A stretch of DNA of 64,000 nt from Chromatiaceae bacterium (GCA_024235395.1 JACKMK010000001.1:58445-122444), one strand, 5' to 3'. Shown: positions 10,260 to 20,856, numbered from the stretch's first letter. Numbers and translations: made by a program. Notes: generated by a model from the sequence alone, not told the origin.

Positions 10260-10784
10260 CAGGTTCCACGCATAGGGGGGTCGCACGGCAGTTCGGTCCT
10301 TCTGATTCAACGACTCCACACGGCGCGCACACCGCGCCCATGCAACGGCCGGATGCGGAAGTCTGGAAGACGAACACCTGAGGTGTCAACGACCCGCCGA
10401 TGGCTGCTCGGGCGCCGGGTAGCGCCGTGGTCAGTTGCTGTTTCGCAGCGGATCGTCAGTGGCAGTGCGGCTATGCGAAGGTCCTGCGGAGATTCCGCCC
10501 GGCAGGATGCCGACGTCGGGTGGTCGCCAGGCGCTGCAGTCGCCCGGATCGACCCATTGATGCACGACGACGAGGATCCGGCGTGCATGGTCGCTGACGA
10601 CCGGACTGTTCGTGATGACCACCGTTGTGGCCGGTATGCCGCAGCCACCTTCAGCAGACTGGGCGCCGGACGCTCGCGTCCGACTGACCGATCCGCTCGA
10701 AGCCCCCGACGAGACCGATGCCGTGAGACGGACACCTTCCGGCACGACGCCGCGCCCAGACGGAAACGAGATAGAGAATCCACA

Positions 10785-11189
10785 ATGGAAGGTCCACGCT
10801 ACGCACTGGCGCTCAGTCTCGTGGGCAGACTGAATCGTCATCTGGCATACGCCGCCGGCTCGGCGTGGACGGACCTCGATGCACGGGCGCAAGAGATCCT
10901 CGCACCGTTGCAGGACACCTGGGAGCAGCTACCCGAGCAACGCGCATGCATCCAGGCGCGGCAGGAGGAATGGAATGTGATGAGCGACGAGGAGCGTGCA
11001 ACGATAAGGTGCCGGCGTGCGTGGTTCCGCTCGCTGCCGGAGGAGCGTCGCGCACGTCTGAACGCGCGCTGGCGATCGATGACCTCGGCACAACGTGAGG
11101 CAGCGCGTGCACGCATCGAGGAGTACCGTCGGGCCTCGCCGGTCGAGCGTGCAAAGATCCGACGTGAGATCCGCGGGTCCAGGGAGTGA
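10785..11189 (+). CDS. DUF3106-like protein
   Basis: WTDL...QEILAPLQDTWEQL...W..MS.EER repeats. The upstream part of the 408-aa track ORF is the antisense shadow of the protease gene and non-coding sequence. Confidence 0.65.
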   Translation: MEGPRYALALSLVGRLNRHLAYAAGSAWTDLDARAQEILAPLQDTWEQLPEQRACIQARQEEWNVMSDEERATIRCRRAWFRSLPEERRARLNARWRSMTSAQREAARARIEEYRRASPVERAKIRREIRGSRE

Positions 11190-11333
11190 AACCGGGCCGG
11201 CGATGACCCGCAACAAACGACGGAATCGTGGACGTCCGCACGCCGTTCGGCGTGCAGATCAACCCTATGGCGTCGTCGAACGGGCCGAGACTGGCAGCGC
11301 TGCCGATGACTCCCAGCGCTTACGCCGCTCGCA

Positions 11334-12992
11334 TCACACCTTATACTGCGCCGCCATGGACTGCAGTGCCGAAGCCAGGCGTGCCTGCTCGGTACTCGCC
11401 TCGGCGGTCTGCGCCGCGCCACGCGCCGATTGCTCGGAGAGATCGTTGATCGTCATCACGTTGCGGTTGATCTCCTCGGCGACCGAGCCCTGTTCTTCGG
11501 CCGCCGAAGCAATCTGCATGTTCATCTCCTTGATGCGTGCAACCGCCTGATTGATCGCATTGAGCGTCTGATCCGAATGTTCGACGCGCTCCAGGGTGCC
11601 CTGGGCCATGCTTTGCCCCTGTTCCATCGCCTTGACCGCTTCCTTCGCACCTTTCTGCAGGCGCTCGATCATGCCCTGGATCTCCTGTGTCGATCCCTGC
11701 GTCCGCCCCGCCAGCGTGCGTACCTCGTCTGCGACCACTGCGAAACCACGGCCCTGCTCTCCCGCGCGTGCCGCTTCGATCGCGGCGTTCAGCGCCAGCA
11801 GGTTGGTCTGCTCTGCGATGCTCTGGATCACCTCCAGTACCGATCCGATGCTGCTGCTCTCGCTGTCCAGCTGGCGGATGGTGGCCGCCGCCTTCTCGAC
11901 CTCACCGGCGAGACTGCGCGTCGCACTCAATGCCTGACCGGCGATACTGATGCCCTCATTGGCCTGTACGTTCGCCTCCTGCGCCGCCTGGTCTGCGGAT
12001 GCCGCATTGCGCGCGACCTCCTGTACCGTTGCGGCCATCTCGTTCATCGCAGTCGCGACCTGCTCCGTCTCGGACCGCTGTACCCGGATGTGCCCGTTGG
12101 TCTCGGCGGTGACCATCGAGGTCTCTTCGGTCGCCGCGGCGAGTTGCGTCGCCGAATCGATCAGTTCACGTATCACGTGCTGGAATTTTTCGCCGACGCG
12201 ATCGAACGACGCCGCGATGCTGCCGAGTTCGTCGCCGGCGCTGTGATCACAGCGGGCCGTCAGATCCCCCGCGGCCATGCGGTCGGCGGCGCTGTTGAGC
12301 TTGCCGACCACGCTGACGATGCCGCGGATGGTGACAATCGCGAGGATACTCAGGAACGCAATGCCAAGCACCAGCACGCCGATCGACACGGTCTGTATGG
12401 TCGCGCCCCGCTCGATCTCCGCGTCATAGGTAATCCTGGCGACCTCGATCTGACGTTCCCAGAGTTTGTCGACTGCTTCATGCGCGGCGTCGAACGAAGG
12501 CTTGGTTTCCTTCGCCAGGTGAATCGCCGCGTTCAGATAGTCGCCCTCGCGAATGAACGCGACCGCGGGCGTGAGCCCCACCTTGACGAATTCGGCGCGT
12601 TTCTGCGCGAACTCGTCGGCCAGCGCCTTGTCCACCCCGGACAGGTCGTGCTCGGCAAGATAGCGATCCCAGATGGTCGAGATCTCCTGGATATTCCGCT
12701 CGACATTGGCGACATGCACTTCGACATCGTGCTTGTGATAGGGCTCGGTCTTCGAACCGGGCTCGTGTTGCAGCGCGTACAACAGCTGACTGCGATTCTC
12801 GCGCATCAGTTCGCTGATGCGGCTGATCTCCACGGTGGGAACGAGACGGTCCTGAAACACGGTGTTCAGCGAGTCCTCGGCGTTGTGCATGCCGTTCAGT
12901 CCCAGCAGGCCCACGCAAATCATCGCCAATGCGGCGAATCCGACCAGCACGATCAGTCTTGCGCGAATTGTCAGCTTCTGTATCAGGTTCAT
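11334..12992 (-). CDS. Methyl-accepting chemotaxis protein (TM, 4-helix sensor, TM, HAMP, MA domain)
   Basis: [34 protein letters not shown]. Start MNLIQKL at 12992. Confidence 0.95.
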   Translation of the reverse strand: MNLIQKLTIRARLIVLVGFAALAMICVGLLGLNGMHNAEDSLNTVFQDRLVPTVEISRISELMRENRSQLLYALQHEPGSKTEPYHKHDVEVHVANVERNIQEISTIWDRYLAEHDLSGVDKALADEFAQKRAEFVKVGLTPAVAFIREGDYLNAAIHLAKETKPSFDAAHEAVDKLWERQIEVARITYDAEIERGATIQTVSIGVLVLGIAFLSILAIVTIRGIVSVVGKLNSAADRMAAGDLTARCDHSAGDELGSIAASFDRVGEKFQHVIRELIDSATQLAAATEETSMVTAETNGHIRVQRSETEQVATAMNEMAATVQEVARNAASADQAAQEANVQANEGISIAGQALSATRSLAGEVEKAAATIRQLDSESSSIGSVLEVIQSIAEQTNLLALNAAIEAARAGEQGRGFAVVADEVRTLAGRTQGSTQEIQGMIERLQKGAKEAVKAMEQGQSMAQGTLERVEHSDQTLNAINQAVARIKEMNMQIASAAEEQGSVAEEINRNVMTINDLSEQSARGAAQTAEASTEQARLASALQSMAAQYKV

Positions 12993-13346
12993 GAGCCCTC
13001 TCCACGGTATCGTTATAAGCAGTTCGATTTTTCGCGGTGACGGGGCAGAAGGGTTTTCAGCGTGCCGAATTCGGCTGCACGCATTCCAACTTCGCCGCAT
13101 GAGAATCCGTTTCTCGGCAGGACACTCGCGGTGCTGTGTTAGCGGCCAGCACCCGCGAAACTTAACGAATATGACTATCTGGTCCAAGCGGCCTTTTTGC
13201 CGGGCGACCGGTAGTTTCGCAGCACGATCCGGCGCACGCGATCGAGCGCGGACGCGCCCGATTCCCATGTAAATACTGCCTATACTTGTCATAGGTTGGT
13301 GAGCCTGGCAGCAGCGCTCACATGGAACGACTGCGGAGCTTCGGCG

Positions 13347-14201
13347 ATGAGTGACCGACTGGACTATCCGGCATTCTACGAACTGGTGACCGAGTTGGTG
13401 TCCAGTTCGGCCACCAGCACCCTCTTCGGGCGCACCGATACCAATCACTCTGTGATCATCGGCCTGGACGGCGGCACGATCGTCTGCGTCCGATGTGGCC
13501 CGAAACGCGGCCTGGCCGCGATCCATGCCTTGCGTTCGATGCAGTGGGGAACCTTCAGGGTCGACGATGCGTTGGTGGAGCTCAGTTCGCCGACTTTGCC
13601 GCCGACTGCGGAACTGGTCGCGGCGCTGCACCCCGGCGCTACCGTTTTCGAAGACACGCCCGGCGACGACAGCGCGGATCCCGCACAACAAAGCGATAAC
13701 CACAGCGCGGAGGCGAAGCTGCTGTGTGACCTGCTCTCGCGCTACGTCGGCCCGGTCGCCCCGGTACTGTGTTCAGAGGAGATCAAGGCCGTCGGCGGGC
13801 TCGACCATCTGGGCAAACTCGATCTGGTTCTGGGCAAGCTGGCCCGCGAGATCGATGACGCCGGCGAGGCCAGTGAGTTTGTCTTGCTGGCTCAGCGTGA
13901 GCTCGCACACCGCTTCGCCCCCCCGCCGTCGACCGGGCCCGCGGACACCGTCACACCACCGTCGAAGGCGTTGCTCGATCCGACCCAGGCGGCCAAGGAT
14001 CTCTGCGGACTGGTCAGCGATTATCTCGGTCCTGTCGCCGAGATCCTCTGCCAGGAGAAGATTGCCGAAGTCGGTGGACTGAACGGCCGACACGAGTTGG
14101 ACTCGGTCATCCGGCACCTGGCTCGCGAGATCGACGAACAGCGCGAAGCCGAGCAATTCCTCAGCCGCGCGCGTGCGCATTTCGCTGCCGCCATGACCTG
14201 A
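13347..14201 (+). CDS. Hypothetical protein: PATAN/DUF4388-like N-terminus plus two helical repeats
   Basis: N-terminal ...[18 protein letters not shown]...; repeats [13 protein letters not shown]...LAREID and [13 protein letters not shown]...LAREID. Confidence 0.6.
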   Translation: MSDRLDYPAFYELVTELVSSSATSTLFGRTDTNHSVIIGLDGGTIVCVRCGPKRGLAAIHALRSMQWGTFRVDDALVELSSPTLPPTAELVAALHPGATVFEDTPGDDSADPAQQSDNHSAEAKLLCDLLSRYVGPVAPVLCSEEIKAVGGLDHLGKLDLVLGKLAREIDDAGEASEFVLLAQRELAHRFAPPPSTGPADTVTPPSKALLDPTQAAKDLCGLVSDYLGPVAEILCQEKIAEVGGLNGRHELDSVIRHLAREIDEQREAEQFLSRARAHFAAAMT

Positions 14202-14263
14202 CCTCGTGCCTCGGCCGACACGCAGCGGGCCGCCAGCCGCTGCGACTCAGCCGCTGTGGGCCT

Positions 14264-15169
14264 TCACTCGCCGCCCTTGCGCATCCTTTTCATCAGTTGC
14301 GCGAAACTCCTTCGCAGCAGTTCCACTGATCGCGCCAGGTCGCCGATCTCATCGTTGCGCTCGATGTTCATAGACCGGTCGAGTTCACCCTTGGCAACAG
14401 CATGTGCGGTCTCGGTGATCTTCAGCAGTGGAGATATCAGGTAGTGTCGCACCAGCAGATTGATCGTCATGAATACGATTGCAAACATCAATGTCAACAA
14501 TCCCGTCGCAACCAGGCTGCGCTTCAACGCCAAGGCGTCGACGTTGGCGATCGGTACGCCGACGAGTTCGACACCGACCACGTCACCGATCCGGTAGTTG
14601 TAACCAGCGCCTCGGCCATAGTCTGCGGTGATCTGGATCGGTACCTGATCGGGGTCACCGTGGCAACGCAGACACCCCTTCGCACTGACGATCGGCGCGC
14701 TGCGCACCAGCATCTGTTGTCCGCCCAGCAACCCCTCGACCCGCAGTTCATCGAGTTGCTTGTCCGCGCGGAAACGTGACAACAGCTCGGATTCCAGCGC
14801 CTCGGGACGGTTGTCGGGATTCAAGGGGTTGTCCGACACGTTGCGTATGGAATAGCTTCCCTGCATGCCCTTGAAGTTCTCGGCGACGCGCGATACCGCG
14901 ACGATGCCGGAGAAGCCGGCGGTGTGGAACAACCGTTGTTTCATGAAGTAGGGTCGCAGATCCTTCGCCACGTAACCTTTGATCGACTTGACCATATCGA
15001 CCAGGAGCCCGAGTTGGGTGCTGGACTGCGCATACACCTCGTGCCGTGTGTAGTAGTAGATCGTCGGAGCGCTGATCAGGATGCTCAGCAGATAGATTCC
15101 AAGGATCGAAAGATTGAATCGCCGCGTGATGCTGCCCCGCGCGGCTGCGGGTGTGGTTTGTGTCGTCAT
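14264..15169 (-). CDS. DUF3365 (Tll0287-like) heme c sensor domain plus HAMP, no output domain
   Basis: SDNPLNPDNRP, CLRCH heme c motif, two TM helices, HAMP (RNDEIGDLARS). Confidence 0.85.
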   Translation of the reverse strand: MTTQTTPAAARGSITRRFNLSILGIYLLSILISAPTIYYYTRHEVYAQSSTQLGLLVDMVKSIKGYVAKDLRPYFMKQRLFHTAGFSGIVAVSRVAENFKGMQGSYSIRNVSDNPLNPDNRPEALESELLSRFRADKQLDELRVEGLLGGQQMLVRSAPIVSAKGCLRCHGDPDQVPIQITADYGRGAGYNYRIGDVVGVELVGVPIANVDALALKRSLVATGLLTLMFAIVFMTINLLVRHYLISPLLKITETAHAVAKGELDRSMNIERNDEIGDLARSVELLRRSFAQLMKRMRKGGE

Positions 15170-15304
15170 GGCTGGCCCTGCCTTTTCCCTTTAGACATCA
15201 GGCGCCCGCATCTATGCCCGGACTCACTGTCATGGCGCCTCATTATTGTTAGCGCCCCGCTGAGCCCTTTTCTTTAGTACCTAAAAGGACCAGGTATCCG
15301 GGAA

Positions 15305-15640
15305 CAAACGGACACGCGGTCAATACAGGGCCGATCGATTGGCCATGCCGAGGCTCAGGCCGCTTGTATCGAAGGCGCGTGGCTTGACTTGCGCAGCTGT
15401 GCTTTTCAACATGCCAACGCGCGGCCGGCACTTCGAGCGGTTCCATGGCCTGGCGATGCCGGGGTTCTGGAACGCTCCGGGGTTACCCCGGGGATGCCTG
15501 GTTCAGTCTGACAATGCATTGCCGGTACACCACTGCGCTGCACGCAGATGCTGTACCGGCGGGACGAGAGTGGTCGAAGGCCGGTCGCGCGCCCGACACC
15601 ATGCAACGCGGGCATCCGGTCGTCTCGCGTGTGGGGTTTG
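15305..15640 (+). ncRNA. Putative structured ncRNA upstream of the RT (msr/msd-like candidate)
   Basis: Nested inverted repeats read by eye: long hairpin 15341-15450, hairpins 15477-15491 and 15521-15560, closing stem 15492-98/15611-17, terminal repeat 15312-18/15626-32. Confidence 0.55.
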
Positions 15641-15663
15641 ACGTGACTGCTCATCAGATCAAA

Positions 15664-16965
15664 ATGCGGCGACTGATGCTCTCCATCCAGTTCGGCAGAT
15701 GGGATCGGGAGTCGCTCGGCGACCGCTTGCGCAGGGCGCTGGATGGCGGGCCACCCGACCCCGACCGGCTTGCCGCGAGGCTGCTGTTCCACTTCCCCCC
15801 GGGGCATCCACCGTCTCGATCGCAGCTGGCCGGACTGCTGGCCGCCGACCGCGAGTTGGCAGCTGCCTCGCAGTCAGGTGGCAAGGGGTTCGAGGCACGG
15901 ATCGTACTCGACACCTCGGTGATGCAGGCGCCGACCGGGCACTTCTCGACCCTGCCGCTGCCGACCTTGGATCATGCGAGAGACCTGGGCCTTTGGTTGG
16001 GTCTGAATCAGCGCGAGCTGGCATGGTTCGCCGACTGCGAATCGCGACAGACGTCTGTACGCAATCCCAAGCTACATCATTACCGCTACCGCTGGCTCGC
16101 CCGACGTAGTGCGCCGCCACGTCTGCTGGAGATACCCAAGGCACGACTGAAGCTCATGCAGCGACAGGTCCTGCACCACCTGCTCGACTGCGTTCCGCCG
16201 CACCCCGCCGCTCATGGTTTTCGCCGTCATCGCTCCTGCCTCAGCTTCGCGACGCCACATCTGCAAAAGCCTGCGGTGCTGCACATGGATCTGGAAGATT
16301 TCTTTCCGTCTATCCCGGCGCCGCGCGTCGGCGCACTGTTTCGCCGCCTCGGTTATCCCCCGGGGGTCGCGCGTGTCCTGCAGGGACTGTGCACCCACGC
16401 GGTCGCACCTGCCCTGGTCGGCGCCGAGTTTGATGCGTTGCCCTGGGAGACGCGACGGCGGCTACAGGCACCGCACCTGGCGCAAGGTGCCCCCAGCTCG
16501 CCGGCGATCGCGAACCTGTGCGCCTGGCGGCTCGACTGCCGTCTGCAGGGTCTTGCCGACCGGTTCGAGCTCGATTACACCCGTTATGCGGACGACCTGG
16601 CGTTTTCGGGACCCGCGAGCCTGCTGCGCCGCGGCCCTTTCGTTCAGGCGCTGATCGGGGCAATCGCCGCCGAGGAGGGGTTCCGCATCAACCATCGCAA
16701 GACGCGTCTGAACACACAGGCGCAATCACAACGGCTCGCCGGGGTCGTGGTCAACCAACGACCCAACCTGCAGCGGCGTGACTACGACCGCCTGAAAGCC
16801 ACGCTGCACAACTGTGCCCGCTTCGGGCCCGAGGGACAGAACCACGAAGGCAGGCAGGATTTCAGGGCGCATCTCGCCGGACGGATCGCCCATGTGGCCT
16901 GGTTGAATCCGGACCGGGGAGCCCGCCTGAAGGCCTTGTGGGCACGGATCTCCTGGCCCGACTGA
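15664..16965 (+). CDS. Retron-like RNA-directed DNA polymerase (reverse transcriptase)
   Basis: AAHGF, DLEDFFPSI, QGAPSSP, YADD, GFRINHRKTR, QRLAGVVVN; organization resembles myxobacterial Mx162-type retron RTs. Start is ATG 15664 or GTG 15643; the track ORF from 15445 runs through the putative RNA. Confidence 0.9.
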   Translation: MRRLMLSIQFGRWDRESLGDRLRRALDGGPPDPDRLAARLLFHFPPGHPPSRSQLAGLLAADRELAAASQSGGKGFEARIVLDTSVMQAPTGHFSTLPLPTLDHARDLGLWLGLNQRELAWFADCESRQTSVRNPKLHHYRYRWLARRSAPPRLLEIPKARLKLMQRQVLHHLLDCVPPHPAAHGFRRHRSCLSFATPHLQKPAVLHMDLEDFFPSIPAPRVGALFRRLGYPPGVARVLQGLCTHAVAPALVGAEFDALPWETRRRLQAPHLAQGAPSSPAIANLCAWRLDCRLQGLADRFELDYTRYADDLAFSGPASLLRRGPFVQALIGAIAAEEGFRINHRKTRLNTQAQSQRLAGVVVNQRPNLQRRDYDRLKATLHNCARFGPEGQNHEGRQDFRAHLAGRIAHVAWLNPDRGARLKALWARISWPD

Positions 16966-16970
16966 ACAAG

Positions 16971-16989
16971 CGGCGGCGCGTCGCCGCCG
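16971..16989. terminator. Hairpin between the convergent RT and iorB-like genes
   Basis: CGGCGGCG-cgt-CGCCGCCG, 8-bp stem, no U-tract. Confidence 0.4.
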
Positions 16990-16994
16990 GTGCC

Positions 16995-19169
16995 TCAGGC
17001 CGCGCGCAGGTCAGAAGGCTGTAGCGGCACCCTGCGGATGCGCCGACCCGTTGCCGCGAAAATCGCGTTGAGCACCGCCGGCGCCGCGACCGCAATGGTC
17101 GGTTCACCGACGCCACCCCAGAAACCGCCGGACGGCATCACGATCGATTCCACCTGCGGCATTTCGGCGATCTGCATCGAGCGATAGGTGTCGAAGTTCG
17201 ACTGCTGCACGCGGCCGTCGCGTATCGACACACCGCCATACAGCAGCGCGCTCAGGCCGAACATGAATGAACCCTCGATCTGCGCCTCGATCTGTTGCGG
17301 GTTGACCGCGTGACCCGGATCGGTCGCGGCGACAATGCGATGGATCTTCAAGCGGCCGTCGTCCACCGACACCTCGGCGCAGGCCGCAACATGGCTGCCG
17401 AATGCCTTGCACACCGCGAGGCCGCGATGCACACCTGCCGGCACGGGCTCGCCCCAGCCGATACGCTCGGCAACCGCATTCAATACCGCGAGACTGTGGG
17501 GATGCTGCCCCATGAGCTTGCGCCGGAATGCCAGCGGATCGACGCCCGCGGCATGCGCCAGCTCTTCGATGAAGCACTCCAGGTAGATCGCATTCTGGTT
17601 GATGTTGACGCCCCGCCAGAAGCCGGGTGGCACAGGTGGGTTGCGCATCGCATGGTCGACCAGCAGGTTGGGGACCGTGTAGCTGATCGCGTGATCACCG
17701 TCCGGCAACAGGCCCTGGAAGGTGATCATGTCCGCGCCGCCTTTCAGCGCGTTGGGCCTTACCCCGGCCAGGATGGACTGTCCCGAGATGCGCACCCGCA
17801 GCCCGATAAGGTCGCCGTTCGCATCCAGCGCGCCACGCAGGCGCGCCTGGGTGATCGGATGATAGGCACCATGCCGCATGTCCTCCTCGCGCGTCCACAG
17901 CAGCTTGACCGGGGTGCCCGGCAACTGCTTGGCGATCTTGACCGCCTGGCTGACGTAGTCGCTGAAGCCGCGCCTTCCGAAGCCACCGCCGAGATGCAGC
18001 TTGTAGACCTCGCATTGGGTTGCCGGCAATCCCGCCGCCACGGCGGTCGCATCGAGCGCGGCCTCGCCATTCTGCGTCGGACACCAAACCTCGCAACGCT
18101 CTGCGGTCCAACGGGCGGTCGCGGTCATCGGCTCCATCGTGGCATGGTGCTGGAACGGATAGCTGTAGACGGCCTCCACGGTCTGCGCGGCGCCGGCGAA
18201 TGCGGCATCGACATCACCCGCCTGGTTGCCGATGAACGCCTCGGCGGCGTCCAGGCCTTCGACGAGCATGCGCGCGATCGATTCATCATCGACCGTCGCA
18301 TTGGGTCCCTCGACCCAGGTGATCGGCAACGCGTCGAGCGCGGTCTTCGCCTGCCACCAGGTATCGGCCACGACCGCGACCGCATCGTCGTCGACGCGGA
18401 CGACGGCGCGTACGCCGGGCATCTTGCGCACGGCCGCTTCGTCGAATCCGCCGAGCCGGCCGCCGAACACCGGGCACGCCTTGATCGTCGCGTTGAGCAT
18501 CCCCGGCAGCTGCAGATCCGCAGCGAACACCTGACGGCCGGTGAGCTTGTCGGCGGTATCGAGACGCTTGAGCGGCTTGCCGGCGATCGTCCAGTCCTTC
18601 GGGTCCTTGAGTTCGACACTGACCGGTGGCACCAGCTTGGCCGCCGCGGCGGCGACCGCGCCATAACGGGTCGTGCGACCGGTCGGGGCATGGGTAATGA
18701 TCCCGGCGACCACGCTGCACTCCTCGACCGGCACGTCCCAGGCCTCGGCGGCCGCCTCGATGAGCAAGGTACGAGCCAGCGCGCCACCCTCGCGAACATA
18801 CTGGTGACTGCCCCGAATCCCGCGGCTGCCGCCGGTCGCAAAGCTGCCCCAGACGCGGTTGCGCGCCAGGCTCTGGCCCGGCGTCGGGTACTCGGTACTC
18901 ACCTTGGACCAGTCGCACTCGAGTTCTTCGGCGACCAGTTGGGCGAGGCCGGTCAATGTACCCTGGCCCATCTCCGAACGGGCAATGCGGATGATCACCC
19001 GGTCATCCGGCTCGATCACGACCCAGGCATTCACCTCGCGGGTTGCTCCCTCGGCGCGCGCATCGGCGTCGACCAACGGCAGGAACAGCCCGATCGACAG
19101 GCCGGCGCCGGCGCTCGCCGTGCCGATCAGGAAATCGCGGCGCGAAATTTTCACCGGCCCCGTCTTCAT
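16995..19169 (-). CDS. Xanthine dehydrogenase-family molybdopterin subunit (isoquinoline 1-oxidoreductase beta-like)
   Basis: Tat-like SRRDFL, RSEMGQG, GGGFGRR, GGVGEP. The start overlaps the stop of the upstream 2Fe-2S gene. Confidence 0.92.
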   Translation of the reverse strand: MKTGPVKISRRDFLIGTASAGAGLSIGLFLPLVDADARAEGATREVNAWVVIEPDDRVIIRIARSEMGQGTLTGLAQLVAEELECDWSKVSTEYPTPGQSLARNRVWGSFATGGSRGIRGSHQYVREGGALARTLLIEAAAEAWDVPVEECSVVAGIITHAPTGRTTRYGAVAAAAAKLVPPVSVELKDPKDWTIAGKPLKRLDTADKLTGRQVFAADLQLPGMLNATIKACPVFGGRLGGFDEAAVRKMPGVRAVVRVDDDAVAVVADTWWQAKTALDALPITWVEGPNATVDDESIARMLVEGLDAAEAFIGNQAGDVDAAFAGAAQTVEAVYSYPFQHHATMEPMTATARWTAERCEVWCPTQNGEAALDATAVAAGLPATQCEVYKLHLGGGFGRRGFSDYVSQAVKIAKQLPGTPVKLLWTREEDMRHGAYHPITQARLRGALDANGDLIGLRVRISGQSILAGVRPNALKGGADMITFQGLLPDGDHAISYTVPNLLVDHAMRNPPVPPGFWRGVNINQNAIYLECFIEELAHAAGVDPLAFRRKLMGQHPHSLAVLNAVAERIGWGEPVPAGVHRGLAVCKAFGSHVAACAEVSVDDGRLKIHRIVAATDPGHAVNPQQIEAQIEGSFMFGLSALLYGGVSIRDGRVQQSNFDTYRSMQIAEMPQVESIVMPSGGFWGGVGEPTIAVAAPAVLNAIFAATGRRIRRVPLQPSDLRAA

Positions 19170-19642
19170 CACGCCCTCCCACGCCGATTCAATTCGGCGG
19201 CCAGGTGGATGCCACGGCGAACCCGGTTGAAGGTCCCGCATCGACAGATGTTGGTGATACGGGCATCGATATCCGCATCGCTCGGCTGCGGATTGTCGGC
19301 CAGCAGGGCGGCCGCGGCCATGATCATCCCGGGTTGGCAATAGCCGCACTGCGGCACGTCGAGTTCCGCCCAGGCCCGTTGAACCGGGTGGCTGGCGTCT
19401 GCCGACAGGCCCTCGATGGTCACGACCTGCTGCGACGGCTGCACCGCGCCGACCGGGACCACGCAGGCGCGTGCCACCTCACCGTCGATGTGCACCGTGC
19501 AGGCACCACAGACCCCTATCCCGCAGCTGTACTTGGTGCCGGTCAGGCCCAGTTGCTCGCGCAGCACCCACAACAGCGGTGTCGAGGCGTCCGCGTCGAC
19601 CTCGACGGGCTGCCCGTTGATATTCAGTTTGGCCATGGCCAC
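19169..19642 (-). CDS. (2Fe-2S) subunit (isoquinoline 1-oxidoreductase alpha-like)
   Basis: [29 protein letters not shown]. Confidence 0.93.
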   Translation of the reverse strand: MAMAKLNINGQPVEVDADASTPLLWVLREQLGLTGTKYSCGIGVCGACTVHIDGEVARACVVPVGAVQPSQQVVTIEGLSADASHPVQRAWAELDVPQCGYCQPGMIMAAAALLADNPQPSDADIDARITNICRCGTFNRVRRGIHLAAELNRRGRA

Positions 19643-19878
19643 AACTCCATCTTCGATTACCGGTGACGCCGCCCTGTCGGACGGCGTGAACGCGGGGCTG
19701 GAGGCACCGGAGCGGCATCCAGGCTCCGATCCCGATTCTGTTCAGCAGTATAGACAGCGCGGATCGATGGATCCGGCGCGGTCGGCGCCCTGTGACGAGG
19801 TGGACGGGCAACGTGGCGGCGGTGTCACCTGCACCGGGCGCAGGTCATGCGCCATGACCGCGCATTGTGCCGACGGTG

Positions 19879-20856
19879 TCATTGCAGCAGCCCTGCCGAT
19901 CGGTAGTACCTGGCCGCTCCAGGATGCAGCCGTCCAGGGTCCACCTGCTGTACCGTGTTCTCGGCAGAGGTATAACGACCCTGCGCGAACCGCTGTGCCA
20001 GTGTCCCCTGATGCCGGTGGATGGCCTCCGCCAATCGGTACGCCAGGTCGTCCGGCAGATCGGCGCGGGTCAGGATCAATGACCAGAGGCCGACCGACTC
20101 GATCGATTGCGTCTGGCCGCGATAGGTCCCCGCCGGCACGCTCATCCTGCGCAGGTGCGGATGCCGTTTCAGGATTGCCTCGATCTGTGCGCCGGTCGGG
20201 GCGATGAAGCGCGCGCCGGTAGCGCTGTCGGCGAGCCTGACGAAACCGGGCCAGGCAATCCCGGCGCCCCACAGCGCATCGGCCCGGCCGCTCAACACCA
20301 GCCGCGGGCCCTCAGCGGCCTTGTCCAGGATCAGCTCGACGAAATCCCCGTCGGACGTCAGGCCGAGCCCATCCAGCACGTCGCGGGCGAGGATCCGCAG
20401 ACCGGACGCCCGGGTACCGAAGGCGATCGGCCGGCCCCTGAGATCGTCGATCGAGCGGTGCGGCGAATCCCCGGACACGGCGAACAGCCCGGGGTTGGGG
20501 TACATCACGCTAAGGATACGCAGGCCATGCGCCTGTTGCGCCGGGTCCTCCAGCACCTGGCGCGCCGCATTGCCTTCTACCAGCGCCAGATCAACGCGTC
20601 CCTGGTCCAGCAGCTGCAGATTCTCCCGGCTGCCACGGCTCGCGACCGGCTCGATCCGCCACCCCTCGCCCGCGGCGTTCAGGACCTCGGCGAACTGTGC
20701 GCCATACAGCTGAAATCCCCCACCCGGCGTCGCGGTCGCCAGACTGACGTCGACCACCGAATCGCCTCCCGGCTTCGCGTCTGCATGAGCCAGGGGCAAA
20801 ACCGCCAGCGCGATCAGCTGCAGCCGGGCAATCCAGGCTTTCCATCCGATGTGCAT
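19879..20856 (-). CDS. TAXI family TRAP transporter solute-binding protein
   Basis: TATPGGGF...G, SRGSRENL, RLHPGAARYY; GAGGAG ribosome-binding site before 20856. Confidence 0.85.
   Translation of the reverse strand: MHIGWKAWIARLQLIALAVLPLAHADAKPGGDSVVDVSLATATPGGGFQLYGAQFAEVLNAAGEGWRIEPVASRGSRENLQLLDQGRVDLALVEGNAARQVLEDPAQQAHGLRILSVMYPNPGLFAVSGDSPHRSIDDLRGRPIAFGTRASGLRILARDVLDGLGLTSDGDFVELILDKAAEGPRLVLSGRADALWGAGIAWPGFVRLADSATGARFIAPTGAQIEAILKRHPHLRRMSVPAGTYRGQTQSIESVGLWSLILTRADLPDDLAYRLAEAIHRHQGTLAQRFAQGRYTSAENTVQQVDPGRLHPGAARYYRSAGLLQ

Noticed and set aside
12993-13703. N-terminal 236-aa extension of the chemoreceptor ORF
   Set aside because: Overlaps the + strand gene at 13347; the chemoreceptor architecture begins at Met 12992.
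15445-15663. N-terminal 73 aa of the 506-aa RT ORF, and ORF 15339-15641
   Set aside because: Low-complexity translation that overlaps the stem-loop region; better explained as an open frame through a GC-rich ncRNA.
15664-16965. RT as a group II intron, DGR or CRISPR-associated RT
   Set aside because: I saw no maturase/HNH domain, intron domain V, TR/VR repeat pair, cas1 or CRISPR array; motifs fit the retron-like class best.
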